Source: a bacterium (GTDB lineage Bacteria > UBA8248). Taken from it: DNA of 64,000 nt. Positions 43,051 to 54,232 of the stretch are shown here, piece after piece (the first letter of the stretch is position 1; each line of letters opens with the position of its first letter). The DNA lies in assembly GCA_965204535.1 (NCBI GenBank), contig OZ241996.1, forward strand, positions 992,001 to 1,056,000, in the 5' to 3' direction. The position numbers were made by a program, and so were the translations under genes. The notes beneath the pieces were generated by a model. The model made no database searches and was not told where the DNA came from. It saw only the letters and a list, made by a program, of their open reading frames with translations.

Positions 43051-44301
43051 ATGTCCCAAGACGAGCGAATCAGCGTATTCGAAACCGCAAGCGCACAGTT
43101 TGACCGGGCAGCGGAAATCATCGGTTTGGATGATGATATGCGGTTTCTACTCAAAACACCTTTCCGTGAAGTGAGAGTCGAACTTCCCATCCGCAGGGAC
43201 GACGGCTCCCTGGGCGTTTGGGAGGGCTACCGCGTCCAGTTCAACGGCTCCCGGGGGCCTTTCAAGGGCGGAATCCGATACCACCACGAAGTGGACATGG
43301 ACGAGGTGCGCGGGCTTTCGGCCCTGATGGCCTGGAAGACGGCTTTGGTCGACATTCCCTTCGGCGGTGGAAAAGGCGGCATCACCGTCAACGTGAAAGA
43401 ACTCAGCGTGTATGAACTGGAGCGGCTGACCAGAAAATTCATCGCGCGCATCGGTCATATTCTGGGGCCATACCGCGATGTCCCCGCCCCTGACGTGAAC
43501 ACGAATGCGCAGGTGATGGCGTGGATTTTCGATGAATACAGCAGCCGGCACGGGTATGCGCCGGCTTGCGTCACCGGTAAACCCCTGGCCATGGGCGGTT
43601 CTCCGGGAAGGGAGGCCGCCACGGGGCGGGGCGCCGTGATGGTGTATGAAGAGATCGCCAAAAGAGAAGGCTGGGACCCCGCAGCAATGACGGCGGCGAT
43701 ACAAGGTTTCGGGAACGTCGGCTCTTTCGCCGCCAGGTTCATGAAGGAGCTTGGAGTAAAGGTGGTGGCGATTTCGGGCAGCAGGGGCGCTTATTTCAAT
43801 GGCGACGGCATCGACATCGAAGCTGCCGCGGCGCACCGAAGGGATGCAGGTACGCTCGAAGGTCTTCGGGGAGTCGAAGAGATCACCAATGAAGAACTAT
43901 TGGCGCTCGATGTGGACATCTTGATTCCGGCGGCTCTGGGCGGCGTTATTCATGCCCGCAACGCGGCAAACGTGAAAGCCCGGGTTATTCTCGAAGCGGC
44001 CAATGCCCCCGTAACCGAAGCGGGAGAGGACATTCTGGTCGATGGCGGGAACGTCATGCTGATCCCGGACGTGTTGGCGAGTTCCGGCGGCGTGACGGTC
44101 TCGTATTTTGAATGGGTTCAGAACATCCAGCAATTCGGCTGGGATGAAGAGCGGGTGGACGGCGAACTGGGCAAAATCATGTCGCGCGCCACAGCGGAAG
44201 TGTATGCGCTGGCCGAGGAGAAACAGGTGTCTTTGCGTACGGCGGCCTTCATTGTCGCCATTGAACGAATCGCGGAGGCCGAACGCCTTCGCGGTTTGTA
44301 G
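43051..44301 (+). CDS. gdhA: Glutamate dehydrogenase (Glu/Leu/Phe/Val family)
   Basis: KGGIRYH, PFGGGKGG, DVPAPDV, QGFGNVG, SYFEWVQN. Confidence 0.93.
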   Translation: MSQDERISVFETASAQFDRAAEIIGLDDDMRFLLKTPFREVRVELPIRRDDGSLGVWEGYRVQFNGSRGPFKGGIRYHHEVDMDEVRGLSALMAWKTALVDIPFGGGKGGITVNVKELSVYELERLTRKFIARIGHILGPYRDVPAPDVNTNAQVMAWIFDEYSSRHGYAPACVTGKPLAMGGSPGREAATGRGAVMVYEEIAKREGWDPAAMTAAIQGFGNVGSFAARFMKELGVKVVAISGSRGAYFNGDGIDIEAAAAHRRDAGTLEGLRGVEEITNEELLALDVDILIPAALGGVIHARNAANVKARVILEAANAPVTEAGEDILVDGGNVMLIPDVLASSGGVTVSYFEWVQNIQQFGWDEERVDGELGKIMSRATAEVYALAEEKQVSLRTAAFIVAIERIAEAERLRGL

Positions 44302-44312
44302 AGCCGGTCACG

Positions 44313-45242
44313 TTGGTGGAGCCTTCGTTGCCTGGATTCGTGATAGACGCCCAGGGCATCGAGAAATCCTTCGGAACCCTCAAAGCCGTCGATGGCGTCT
44401 CGTTGCAGGTGAAACCCGGAGAATGTTTCGGGATTCTGGGTCCGAACGGAGCCGGCAAAACCACGACAATCAAAATGCTGCATGGAGCCGTTGAGTCTGA
44501 TTCAGGTACTCTGAGGGTGTTGGGTAGGGATGTAGGCACCCAGGGTCGGCTCATTCGCGCGCAGATGGGCATCGTGTCGCAAGAAGACACCCTGGATCGT
44601 GATCTGACCGTATATGAAAACCTTTGGGTCTATGCCGGATTTTTCAGTATTTCGAAGAAGGCGTCATTATCGCGCATTGAGTATCTGCTCGATTTCATGC
44701 AGCTACGGGAGAAATGGGATTCACAAATCAAGACCCTCTCCGGCGGAATGAAGCGGCGCCTCCACATCGCGCGCGCCCTCATTCACGAGCCGAAATTCCT
44801 GATTCTGGACGAACCCACTACAGGCCTCGACCCGCAAGCGAGGCACCTTGTCTGGCAAAGGCTCCGGGAACTCAAGGTGCAGGGTCTGACCATCCTCCTC
44901 ACCACGCATTACATGGAGGAAGCGGCGCAGATGTGCGACCGCATCGGCATCATGGACGGGGGAAAATTTCTGCTCGAGGGGCCACCACAAAGCCTGGTTC
45001 ATGAAAAAGTGGGCGATGAAGTCTACGAATTGAAAGGCGGTGCTTCGGTAGAGTTTCTGGACTCGTTGCAGGGTCTTTCCGTCACCACTGAAATCGTTGC
45101 CGATATATTGTATCTGTACAGCCGCAATGGGATGGGAATCATGGAGCATTTGATTTCTTTCGGGCGGAAGGATTTTTTGAGAAGACCCGCCACCTTGGAG
45201 GATTTGTTTCTGAAACTCACGGGCAGGGAACTGCGGGATTGA
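44313..45242 (+). CDS. ABC exporter ATP-binding protein (NodI-like)
   Basis: GPNGAGKTT, LSGGMKRR, LDEPTTGLDPQARH. Confidence 0.9.
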   Translation: MVEPSLPGFVIDAQGIEKSFGTLKAVDGVSLQVKPGECFGILGPNGAGKTTTIKMLHGAVESDSGTLRVLGRDVGTQGRLIRAQMGIVSQEDTLDRDLTVYENLWVYAGFFSISKKASLSRIEYLLDFMQLREKWDSQIKTLSGGMKRRLHIARALIHEPKFLILDEPTTGLDPQARHLVWQRLRELKVQGLTILLTTHYMEEAAQMCDRIGIMDGGKFLLEGPPQSLVHEKVGDEVYELKGGASVEFLDSLQGLSVTTEIVADILYLYSRNGMGIMEHLISFGRKDFLRRPATLEDLFLKLTGRELRD

Positions 45243-46015
45243 TGCTTTTCCCCCAAGCCCCGAGCCATCGCGCCTTTCGCGTCTGGGTTCGTCATTTGGT
45301 GTACTACCGCTCTTTCTACTTGGCGGAATGGGCGGGGAATCTGGGTGAACACATCTTGTGGCTGGTGGCGTTTGGTTATGGACTCGGCCGGTTGGTGCCG
45401 AACTTGGACGGTATTTCATATGCGCAGTTCATTGGTCCCGGATTGATGGTTTCCGTCGCGATGTGGAATGCCACGTATGAGTCCACATACGGAGCTTATT
45501 CGAGGATGAGAATTCAAAATATCTATGAGTCCATGCTGATGGCTCCGCTTACGGTAGGCGATATCGTGCTGGGGGATCTTCTTTGGTGCGCCAGCCGGGC
45601 ACTGATTGGCTCGACATTGATGTTGATCGTTTTGAGTTTGTTCGGCCTGGTAGGCTCCTTGTGGGCGGTGGCGATTCTTCCGATTCTATTCATCGAAGCC
45701 GTGATGTTTGCGGCCTTGGGTCTGATTGCGACATCGTTGGCGCATAGTTTTTCGTTTTTCAACTTTTATTTCTCCGCTGTCGTTATGCCGATGTTTTTCT
45801 TCGCCGGCACATTGTTTCCCATCAAAGGTCTTCCGATTTGGGTGGAACGGTTGTCCGAAGCCCTCCCGCTTACGCATGCGGTGCGAATCTCGCGCGGCTT
45901 GTTTATTTATGGATATGTTGAGAATTTTATCTGGCATTTTTCGTTACTGCTTGGTTTTACGTTCTTGTTCTTGACAGTTGCCTGTGTTTTGGTGAGCAGA
46001 CGGATGGTGGAATAG
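45239..46015 (+). CDS. ABC-2 permease (NodJ-like)
   Basis: Multiple TM helices, ESTYGAYSRM, PLTHAV. Confidence 0.88.
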   Translation: MMLFPQAPSHRAFRVWVRHLVYYRSFYLAEWAGNLGEHILWLVAFGYGLGRLVPNLDGISYAQFIGPGLMVSVAMWNATYESTYGAYSRMRIQNIYESMLMAPLTVGDIVLGDLLWCASRALIGSTLMLIVLSLFGLVGSLWAVAILPILFIEAVMFAALGLIATSLAHSFSFFNFYFSAVVMPMFFFAGTLFPIKGLPIWVERLSEALPLTHAVRISRGLFIYGYVENFIWHFSLLLGFTFLFLTVACVLVSRRMVE

Positions 46016-46016
46016 C

Positions 46017-46958
46017 ATGGGGTCTGTAATTAAAGTCCTCAATTTTCCTGAACCTTTTTTGTTTCACGAGAGCTTGTTGCGTTTTCGTGTTTCCAAAGAG
46101 GAGTTCGTCAATTCCTACGCGGATGGGGTGTACCGCAGGGTTGTGGAAGACCCGAATGGTGATTTGGTTTTGTTGGAAGCTGAAAAAGCAGATGAAAGTC
46201 GGAGCGCGATTCGACTTCGAATGACCACACAGGGGCGGATGACGAAATCGGCACAAAATGCCGGTATAGACGCTATCAAGCATATATTGGCTTTTGATCT
46301 GGATTTGAGACCGTTTTATAGGATGACGAAAGACGATGTGAATTTGGCTCTGATCGCGAAAAAATTCAGGGGGCTCAAACCCATACGATACCTGAGCGTT
46401 TTCGAGGCTCTTGTTACGGCGATTACGGCGCAGCAGGTGAATTTAACGTTCGCCGGTGCCATACGTGGGCGGATGGTGAAACGATGGGGGAGAAAATTGC
46501 GTATCAATGGGCAGACCCATTACGCTTTTCCACGCCCGGAACGTTTGGTTAAAGCGCGAGTAGCCACCTTTCGCGTGATGCAATTCTCGGAACGAAAAGC
46601 CGAATATGTTATTGGTGTGGCGCGCGCCGCCCTGGAGGGTCAATTGAATGAGAGCGAACTGCGTATTCTCCCCGTAGACGAGGCGGTGGCCCGCTTGACC
46701 GATATACGGGGCGTGGGTCGCTGGACAGCCGAGCAAATGTTGTTTCGGGCGCTCGGCCGCGTAGAGGTATTTCCGGGTGGTGATTTAGGAGTCCAGAAGG
46801 TCGTGGCGCGTTACTGCTTGGGAGAAGAGCGTGTGGACGAGGAAACAGCGCGTAAACAAGCCGATAGGTGGCATCCCTGGGCTTCTCTAGCGACGACTTA
46901 TTTGTTCGCCGCATGGCGCGCGGGGTTAGCCCCGCAGGTGAAACAATCTGATTCTTGA
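46017..46958 (+). CDS. alkA: DNA-3-methyladenine glycosylase II
   Basis: FEALVTAITAQQV, HhH motif LTDIRGVGRWTA, FPGGDLG. Confidence 0.88.
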   Translation: MGSVIKVLNFPEPFLFHESLLRFRVSKEEFVNSYADGVYRRVVEDPNGDLVLLEAEKADESRSAIRLRMTTQGRMTKSAQNAGIDAIKHILAFDLDLRPFYRMTKDDVNLALIAKKFRGLKPIRYLSVFEALVTAITAQQVNLTFAGAIRGRMVKRWGRKLRINGQTHYAFPRPERLVKARVATFRVMQFSERKAEYVIGVARAALEGQLNESELRILPVDEAVARLTDIRGVGRWTAEQMLFRALGRVEVFPGGDLGVQKVVARYCLGEERVDEETARKQADRWHPWASLATTYLFAAWRAGLAPQVKQSDS

Positions 46959-46974
46959 GAGCCGATAACCATAT

Positions 46975-48117
46975 ATGAACAACACACGGGTTTCTATCGA
47001 AGAGCGTGAAAAACACTTGCTGGCGCCTTATGCCGCGCATAGCGCAGATAGCCTCGGACGAAAGCATCCGGAGCCTGAGCACGATATGAGGACGGCTTTT
47101 CAGCGTGATCGTGACCGGATTATCCATACGCAGGCGTTCAGAAGGCTTGAATACAAAACCCAAGTATTTGTGAATCATGAGGGGGATCATTACCGGACAC
47201 GCTTAACGCACACCATTGAAGTGAGCCAAATCGCTCGCTCCATCGCGCGGGCGCTTGGCTTGAATGAGGAACTCGCCGAGGCTGTTGCCCTCGCGCACGA
47301 TTTGGGCCACCCTCCGTTCGGTCATGCTGGCGAGAAAGTTTTAGATGAACTGATGAAAGAGCAAGGCGGGTTCGAACATAATTTGCAAGCCCTACGGATC
47401 GTCGAAGTTCTGGAGAAGCGTTACCCATCGTTCCCGGGTTTGAATCTGACATGGGAAACACGAGAGGGCATAATTAAATATCTTCATCGCCACGAAGGAC
47501 CGATGCCTGCGGGTCTGACGAATACAATCTCTCCCAGCCTTGAAGCTCAGGTAGTCGATGTGGCCGATGAGATTGCATATAACAATCATGATTTGGATGA
47601 TGGCCTTTCGTCCCGGCTGTTTGAACCGGAAGATTTGCAGGATACGCGCCTTTGGCGCGAACACTACGAAAGCTCAAAAAAATCGTTTCCAAATTCTTCC
47701 TGGCGGGAGAGTAAGCACGACACCATTCGCCGAATTATCAACTCACAGGTTCAGGATATCATCACCTGCTCATGTGAGCGCATTGAGACGCGTAGGCTCC
47801 GAGATATATCGGACGTGAGAGAAAATGGGCATGAAGCGGTTGTTTTCGGCGAGGAGATGAATGAGAAAAACATCGAACTCAAACGGTTTTTGATGACGCG
47901 GATGTATAAAAACGAACGTGTTATGCAATTAGAAAAAAGCGCTCGAAAGATACTGAATGGACTGTTTCATTTGTATGTCGCCGAACCAGAAAAAATTCCC
48001 GAACATGTTCGCAAACTCGAGGAAATGGATGGTCGACATCGAATGGTTTGTGATTATGTGGCCGGAATGACGGACCGCTACGCCTTGCAACAATATGAAC
48101 GATGGCTGGATGCCTGA
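46975..48117 (+). CDS. dgt: dGTP triphosphohydrolase
   Basis: FQRDRDRI.H..AFRRL..KTQV, RTRLTH, AHDLGHPPFGH, DYVAGMTD. Confidence 0.93.
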   Translation: MNNTRVSIEEREKHLLAPYAAHSADSLGRKHPEPEHDMRTAFQRDRDRIIHTQAFRRLEYKTQVFVNHEGDHYRTRLTHTIEVSQIARSIARALGLNEELAEAVALAHDLGHPPFGHAGEKVLDELMKEQGGFEHNLQALRIVEVLEKRYPSFPGLNLTWETREGIIKYLHRHEGPMPAGLTNTISPSLEAQVVDVADEIAYNNHDLDDGLSSRLFEPEDLQDTRLWREHYESSKKSFPNSSWRESKHDTIRRIINSQVQDIITCSCERIETRRLRDISDVRENGHEAVVFGEEMNEKNIELKRFLMTRMYKNERVMQLEKSARKILNGLFHLYVAEPEKIPEHVRKLEEMDGRHRMVCDYVAGMTDRYALQQYERWLDA

Positions 48118-48220
48118 TACTTGTTTTTTTCTTCTCTGCCGGGAAGGCGAGAAAAGAAGAAAAAATTTCGGGATGACGGTGATTCAGAAGCATCTCTGCA
48201 AGGTTATTGCATGCAAGGCA

Positions 48221-49630
48221 TTATTTGGTTTGAAGAGCGGCGAAAAGATTTGTTTCTTTTCTCTTCAAAAGGAGGAGTATAGAGCCCTCAAGGCGGGATT
48301 TATCAATAGCCGACTGAAATTCTTCTATCGTCCTGACAGGTTTGTGGTTTATCTCCTCGATTTTATCTCCGGGCCTGACCCCACTGAGTTCGGCAATGCC
48401 GCCTCTCAAAATCGATGAAACCACCAATTTATTCTCCTCATGAATTAACTCGAAACGCTGGGCAATGTGTGGGGTAAGCACTTCTACTTTCATTCCCATG
48501 GACGTATGGTTCGCCAGCTTTCGCGAATGGGGCGCTTCAGTCCGGCTTCCTATACGGATATGGACACTCTCAAGACGTTTTTCTCGAAAGTACTTCACCA
48601 ACACAAGGGAATTTGGCTTCGTGCGAGCCACTATGCGGGGAAGGCTTTGCCATGTGCTGACAGACTTGCCATCGAATTCAACGACGACGTCTCCTCTACG
48701 TAAGCCGGCACGATGGGCGGGGCCGCCGCGTGTAACTTGTGTGAGCTTGGCACCCTCGAGATGGGAAAGACCCAGGGTTTTCCCCTCTTGTCGGGGGACT
48801 TCGGATATGGCCGCACCCAGACGGCCTCGAACCGGATAACCTTTATGTTGCAGCGAATCGATAACGGCTTTGGCCTGGTTAATCGGAATGGCGAAACCGA
48901 TGCCTAAACTCCATGCGCGCGACTCGCTGGAAAATATAACTGTGTTGACACCGATTACGACGCCTTTCGTATTCGCGAGCGGCCCACCTGAGTTGCCGGG
49001 ATTGATCGATGCGTCGGTTTGGAGGAATTCATCAAAAGGACCTTCTTTCAAGTCCCGACCCTTGGCGCTGATTATTCCCACAGATACCGAATTCGCCAAG
49101 CCGAATGGGCTGCCAATCGCTATAACCCACTGCCCGACTTCTATTTTATCGGAATCTCCGAGAGATGCTTCCTGGAGTTTTTGAGTCGGTTTTATTTTTA
49201 GTAAGGCAAGATCAGTTTTATCGTCGACACCAAGTAAACGTGCCGAGAATTCCTCGCCTGCATGGAGTTTGACCATGATTTCTTGCGCATTCTTGATAAC
49301 GTGGTGGTTCGTTAAGATATGGCCTTCTTGTGAGACAATGATTCCCGATCCCACATTATAGTGGTTGTTAAAGGGCACATTTCCCTGATCAAATTTTGGA
49401 GGATTGTCTTTTTGACGGCCTCTACCGAAGAGGTTGAGTAACGGATTGCCCTCGATTCCTTTTGGTTTTACACGAATATGGACAACTGAAGGTTGTAACT
49501 TTTTGGCCGCATCGATGATGAGGCGACTACCAAATGGATGCGGCCCTGCCGATGCTGGTGAGGCGCAAAATAAGCAAAACAACAATAATATGGAGAGGTG
49601 GGTTAAAACATGTAGGCTGTGGCAGCGCAT
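48221..49630 (-). CDS. degP: Do/DegP (HtrA) serine protease with two PDZ domains
   Basis: TNHHV, DLALLK, INPGNSGGPL; signal peptide; start approximate. Confidence 0.9.
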   Translation of the reverse strand: MRCHSLHVLTHLSILLLFCLFCASPASAGPHPFGSRLIIDAAKKLQPSVVHIRVKPKGIEGNPLLNLFGRGRQKDNPPKFDQGNVPFNNHYNVGSGIIVSQEGHILTNHHVIKNAQEIMVKLHAGEEFSARLLGVDDKTDLALLKIKPTQKLQEASLGDSDKIEVGQWVIAIGSPFGLANSVSVGIISAKGRDLKEGPFDEFLQTDASINPGNSGGPLANTKGVVIGVNTVIFSSESRAWSLGIGFAIPINQAKAVIDSLQHKGYPVRGRLGAAISEVPRQEGKTLGLSHLEGAKLTQVTRGGPAHRAGLRRGDVVVEFDGKSVSTWQSLPRIVARTKPNSLVLVKYFREKRLESVHIRIGSRTEAPHSRKLANHTSMGMKVEVLTPHIAQRFELIHEENKLVVSSILRGGIAELSGVRPGDKIEEINHKPVRTIEEFQSAIDKSRLEGSILLLLKRKETNLFAALQTK

Positions 49631-49911
49631 AGTTAAGTGTACCCTAATCGTTGGGTGCGAATTACGCATAAATGACTGAAACACTGCACTTTGCATATGC
49701 TAACATTGTGTATATCCGGGGGCAAACAATTTGACCAAGGTTGGACAAATTTGATATAGCGTGTTCGCCTGATCACCTGTGAAAATAGTAGGTTTATCTA
49801 CTGCTGTTTTTTGGTAACCAGAAATCGAAAAACGGAAATAAAATTTTCAAGCAGGCTCACGCAATTTCGGCATTCGCGCCATTCGCCTTCCCAGAGAGAT
49901 TTCTTCCGGCC

Positions 49912-51714
49912 GTGAACATCGATCGAATCAGGAATTTTTCAATTATCGCTCATATAGACCACGGAAAATCCACCCTGGCGGATCGCGTTTTGGAAATGAC
50001 CGGGGCGCTTTCAAAGCGTGAAATGTCTTCTCAGGTTTTGGATTCCATGGACTTGGAGCAGGAGCGAGGCATCACGATCAAGGCGGCGACGGTGCGTATC
50101 TTCTACAGATCAGATAGGGGCGAAGAATATGTCTTTAACCTCATAGATACGCCCGGTCATGTGGATTTCAGTTATGAAGTTTCCAGGAGCCTTCAGGCCT
50201 GCGAGGGTGCTTTGTTGCTGGTCGACGCGACCCAAGGTATCCAGGCGCAAACGGTGGCGAATGCATACCTTGCTTTAGAGCAGGACTTAGCCATTATCCC
50301 AGTAATCAACAAAATCGATCTGCCAGCGGCGGATCCTGACCGCGTGATGAAGCAAATGGAGGACATCATCGGAATTGACCGGGGTGAATGCCTTCTGGTG
50401 AGCGCGAAACAAGGCGAAGGTGTGGATTCACTACTTGAAGCAATCGTTGAGCGAGTGCCGCCTCCAAGTGGAGAGATGCAAGGTTCTGTTCAAGGACTCG
50501 TGATAGATTCTTGGTATGATTCCTACCAAGGCGCCATTCCACTCTTCCGGATGTTCGAGGGGACAATTCGCGAGGGCGATATCGTACGGTTTATGTCTAC
50601 TGGCAAGGAATATCAAGTTCTGAGTTTGAGTACATTTACGCCTCACGAAGTAAAAATGAAAGAACTTGGGCCGGGCGAAGTGGGAATTTTGTCTGCTTCG
50701 ATACGCGAGGTGAGCGATACACGGGTAGGTGACACCATTACACTTGCCAAAAACCCTGCGTGTGAGGCTATCCAAGGCTTCCAGGAGCCGAAAGCGATGG
50801 TATATAGCGGTTTATATGCGGCGGACAGCGCCGAATATGAAGATTTAAGGACGGCGCTCGAAAAACTCAGACTGAACGATTCGGCCTTTACCTATGAACC
50901 CGAGACGTCGGTAGCTTTGGGATTTGGTTTCAGATGTGGATTTTTGGGTCTTCTTCACATGGAAATTATTCGCGAGAGGTTGGAGCGCGAATACGATCTG
51001 ACACTTATCATTACAGCCCCGACAGTGATTTTTCGCGTTCTGCTCAGTGACGCTACGGTGGAGGAAATTGATAGCCCAGCTAAGTTGCCCGAACTGCCAA
51101 GGATTGAATCGATCGAGGAGCCTTTCATTTTGGGCACTATTCTTGTGCCCTCGGAATATGTGGGCGCTGTGCTCAAATTGGCACAAGAAAAGCGGGGGAT
51201 GCAGCGCTCCATGGAATATATCGATACGACGACTGTGCAAATCGTCTACGAACTACCATTTAGTGAAATTCTCTTTGATTTTTACGACAAGTTAAAATCC
51301 GTTTCTCGAGGATACGCGAGTTTTGATTATGAGCACCTGGATTACCGTTCGGCGGAGGTGGTAAAGCTGGATGTCCTGCTCAACGGGCAGCCGATAGACC
51401 CCTTTTCGACGATCATTCACAAGGAGAAAGCTTACTATCATGGCCGAGCGCTGGTGCAAAAAATGAAAGAAATCATCCCGAGGCAAATGTTTGAGGTTAT
51501 CATACAGGCCGCGGTTGGGAACCGGGTGATTGCACGGGAGACGATTCGTGCGTTGAGAAAAGATGTGACTGCGAAATGCTATGGTGGTGATATCACGCGA
51601 AAACGAAAGTTGTTGGAAAAGCAGCGAGAAGGGAAGAAACGCATGAAGAATATCGGTACCGTAGAAGTGCCTCAAGAAGCATTTATGGCTGTTTTGGATG
51701 TGGGCAAGGAGTAA
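49912..51714 (+). CDS. lepA: Elongation factor 4
   Basis: [38 protein letters not shown]. Confidence 0.98.
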   Translation: MNIDRIRNFSIIAHIDHGKSTLADRVLEMTGALSKREMSSQVLDSMDLEQERGITIKAATVRIFYRSDRGEEYVFNLIDTPGHVDFSYEVSRSLQACEGALLLVDATQGIQAQTVANAYLALEQDLAIIPVINKIDLPAADPDRVMKQMEDIIGIDRGECLLVSAKQGEGVDSLLEAIVERVPPPSGEMQGSVQGLVIDSWYDSYQGAIPLFRMFEGTIREGDIVRFMSTGKEYQVLSLSTFTPHEVKMKELGPGEVGILSASIREVSDTRVGDTITLAKNPACEAIQGFQEPKAMVYSGLYAADSAEYEDLRTALEKLRLNDSAFTYEPETSVALGFGFRCGFLGLLHMEIIRERLEREYDLTLIITAPTVIFRVLLSDATVEEIDSPAKLPELPRIESIEEPFILGTILVPSEYVGAVLKLAQEKRGMQRSMEYIDTTTVQIVYELPFSEILFDFYDKLKSVSRGYASFDYEHLDYRSAEVVKLDVLLNGQPIDPFSTIIHKEKAYYHGRALVQKMKEIIPRQMFEVIIQAAVGNRVIARETIRALRKDVTAKCYGGDITRKRKLLEKQREGKKRMKNIGTVEVPQEAFMAVLDVGKE

Positions 51715-51716
51715 AC

Positions 51717-52445
51717 GTGTCGGATGCTGGTTTAACAACAGGCAAGAGCGCGAAACGTAAGCGTAAATCCAAATCAACTTTTCGCGAATATGCTGAAGCA
51801 ATAGTCATAGCTTTGTTGCTGGCTATGTTTGTGCGCACCTTTGTAGTGCAAGCATTCAAGATTCCCTCGGGTTCGATGGAAAATACTCTTCTTGTCGGAG
51901 ACCATATACTTGTCAATAAATTTATTTATTGGTTCCGTGGACCTAAGCGCGGGGACATTATTGTCTTCAGGTTTCCTAAGGATGAACGACGGGATTTTAT
52001 CAAGCGCGTTATTGCTTTGCCGGGTGAGGAGGTGATGGTTCGAGAGGAAAAAGTGTTTATCAACTGTGCCATACCGAACAACCCGGAAAAATGTGTGCCG
52101 CTGGATGAAAAATATGTGCGTTTTGAGCCAAATGGTACCGCTGTAGGTTTTGAGAGCAAATGGGGGCCACAAAAAGTTCCGCCTGGGCACTTATTCATGC
52201 TTGGAGATAATCGGAACAATAGCCAAGACAGCCGTTTTTGGGGGTTTTTGAAAATGGGTGAGCGCGTGAATCATATTCCTATCCGTTTTGCGGGTTATGC
52301 TTTTGGGTTGCCTTTTCCTTGTTCGTTATGGTCTGCGCCGTGTTGGGACGATAAGATCCGTGGTTCCGCATTCATGATTTACTGGTCCTGGAACGGAGAT
52401 TCGGGCTCACCGCGCTGGGGCAGGCTGGCGAACTTTATTAGCTGA
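51717..52445 (+). CDS. lepB: Signal peptidase I
   Basis: IPSGSME, FIKRVI, GDNRNNS.DSRFWG. Confidence 0.95.
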   Translation: MSDAGLTTGKSAKRKRKSKSTFREYAEAIVIALLLAMFVRTFVVQAFKIPSGSMENTLLVGDHILVNKFIYWFRGPKRGDIIVFRFPKDERRDFIKRVIALPGEEVMVREEKVFINCAIPNNPEKCVPLDEKYVRFEPNGTAVGFESKWGPQKVPPGHLFMLGDNRNNSQDSRFWGFLKMGERVNHIPIRFAGYAFGLPFPCSLWSAPCWDDKIRGSAFMIYWSWNGDSGSPRWGRLANFIS

Positions 52446-52501
52446 TTTTTGTTGAAGATACGTCTCTCCAGCCCAAAATGGTTCAAAGAATAAAAGTAGT
52501 C

Positions 52502-53395
52502 TCAACCCCCCATTGTTTCCCATGGAATGCATTGCGTGCCAGAGCCTATTGGACACCAAATCCGCATGTTGGAATCCGGGCCATACAATATCGTGGCGCG
52601 CGGCGCATAAAGAGATGCGAGGTGAGAAACACCGGAATCCCCTCCAAAATACGCGGAAGACATTGCAAGAAGAGCGCTTAAGACCTTAGGCGGGATATCA
52701 CTGAGAATGGGGATGGAGCTGCTCCATAGCCTTTGAAATTCCTCGCTGGCAATTGAATCCGCAGGCCCTTCAATCACGACGGGTCGCTGGCCTGTTTCAT
52801 CAGCATGCTTTCTTGTCATAGTGGTGAGAATCCGAGGGGGAATCCATTTACTCTTTCCTCCTCCACCTGGATGGATGACGAAGAAGCTAGAATGCTCTAA
52901 GTCATATTTATCTAATAACTTAACAGATAATGTGAAATTTTTTTGTGAGGGTCCTAGCTTTATCTTTCCAAGTTCAGGTGTGTCCAATGTTAGCCATGGG
53001 CGCATCATCCACTCACATATGGGAATTTCTTCCGAGTGGGGAGGAAAAGGTGGATGTATCCGGCAGTGCCACAACCCGTTTAAACTCAAGCGCTTGACGA
53101 GCTCTCCTGAAATGTCCGAAGTGTAGAAGATACACATATCATAGCGTTTGATAAGTCGACACAGAGCGTCGTTTTCTTGTGGTTGAGCATTATACAGGAG
53201 GTGAAAGGGGGGTGAGTCCCCGTCGAGAATTTCGTGAATCAGCCCCGAATCGAGTAGCGGGGCTGCATAATTGGGGTTCGCAGCCAGGGTAATATGAGCA
53301 TTTTCGTAATGATTACCTAACTGTTTGAATAATAAAGCCAATAGCAGTGTGTCCCCGAATGCTCCCATTCGGTAAATCAAGATTCTGGTTGCCAA
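52502..53395 (-). CDS. Glycosyltransferase family 9 (heptosyltransferase-like)
   Basis: RMGAFGD, IHPGGG..KW, GDSGVSHLA. Confidence 0.85.
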   Translation of the reverse strand: MATRILIYRMGAFGDTLLLALLFKQLGNHYENAHITLAANPNYAAPLLDSGLIHEILDGDSPPFHLLYNAQPQENDALCRLIKRYDMCIFYTSDISGELVKRLSLNGLWHCRIHPPFPPHSEEIPICEWMMRPWLTLDTPELGKIKLGPSQKNFTLSVKLLDKYDLEHSSFFVIHPGGGGKSKWIPPRILTTMTRKHADETGQRPVVIEGPADSIASEEFQRLWSSSIPILSDIPPKVLSALLAMSSAYFGGDSGVSHLASLYAPRATILYGPDSNMRIWCPIGSGTQCIPWETMGG

Positions 53396-53398
53396 CGT

Positions 53399-54232
53399 CT
53401 ACGCGCCACCCATGAGTGAATCCACGGCTCGGACAATTGTCGCGAATTCTTGAGCATCCAGAGTCTCGGCTCGTCGATCGGGGTCGATGTCTGCTCTTTC
53501 AAGGAGGTTTCGAAATGCCTCAGTTTTAGAAGAGGAAAATTCCTTGCCTTTTAACTCGCTGAGATTCAATGACTTGAGATTATTTAGGAGTGTTTTTCTG
53601 CGGTGAGCGAAACCCGCCTGGATGATCCGGAAATAGAGACCCTCATCTCCTACCTCTACTTGGGGCTTCCCTCTCGCCTCTAGACGAACGATCGCGGAGT
53701 CGACCTTTGGTGGTGGCCGAAAAGCGCCCGGGGGCACCACTTGGCATAGCCTCGCCTGATATCGATACCCGACCCAGAGAGTGAGTGAGCCATAATCCTT
53801 GACACCCGGCCCAGCACAAAGCCTCTCGCCCACTTCGCGCTGCACCATCAGAACCATAAGGGGAAAACGTTCAACTTTTTCAGTGAGTTGCGAGATTATC
53901 GCCGAAGCGACCTGGTAGGGCAGATTCGCCACCAATTTCACCTTTTTGGGGAGGGTGGTGTAGTCGATTTCTAATGCGTCGCCGTGAATCAGGTGAAATC
54001 CCTGATGCTCATCCTCCATCTTTTTGAGCGCAGGAATGAGCGTGTCGTCTATCTCTATGCCGTGGACGATGGCGCCGGCGGCGAGGAGGCGCCGCGTGAG
54101 AACGCCTTCGCCGACGCCGATTTCGAGCACGTCCTCACCCGGCGTTATATCCGCCAATTCAATGATTTGTGAGAGATACCTCTTCTCGTGCAGGAAGTGT
54201 TGGCCGAGTTTTTGTCTTGAGCGACGCGCCAT
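53399..54232 (-). CDS. rsmA: 16S rRNA adenine dimethyltransferase
   Basis: LGQHFL, LEIGVGEG.LT, VANLPY, PPPKVDS, RRKTL.N; ATG at 54232. Confidence 0.95.
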   Translation of the reverse strand: MARRSRQKLGQHFLHEKRYLSQIIELADITPGEDVLEIGVGEGVLTRRLLAAGAIVHGIEIDDTLIPALKKMEDEHQGFHLIHGDALEIDYTTLPKKVKLVANLPYQVASAIISQLTEKVERFPLMVLMVQREVGERLCAGPGVKDYGSLTLWVGYRYQARLCQVVPPGAFRPPPKVDSAIVRLEARGKPQVEVGDEGLYFRIIQAGFAHRRKTLLNNLKSLNLSELKGKEFSSSKTEAFRNLLERADIDPDRRAETLDAQEFATIVRAVDSLMGGA

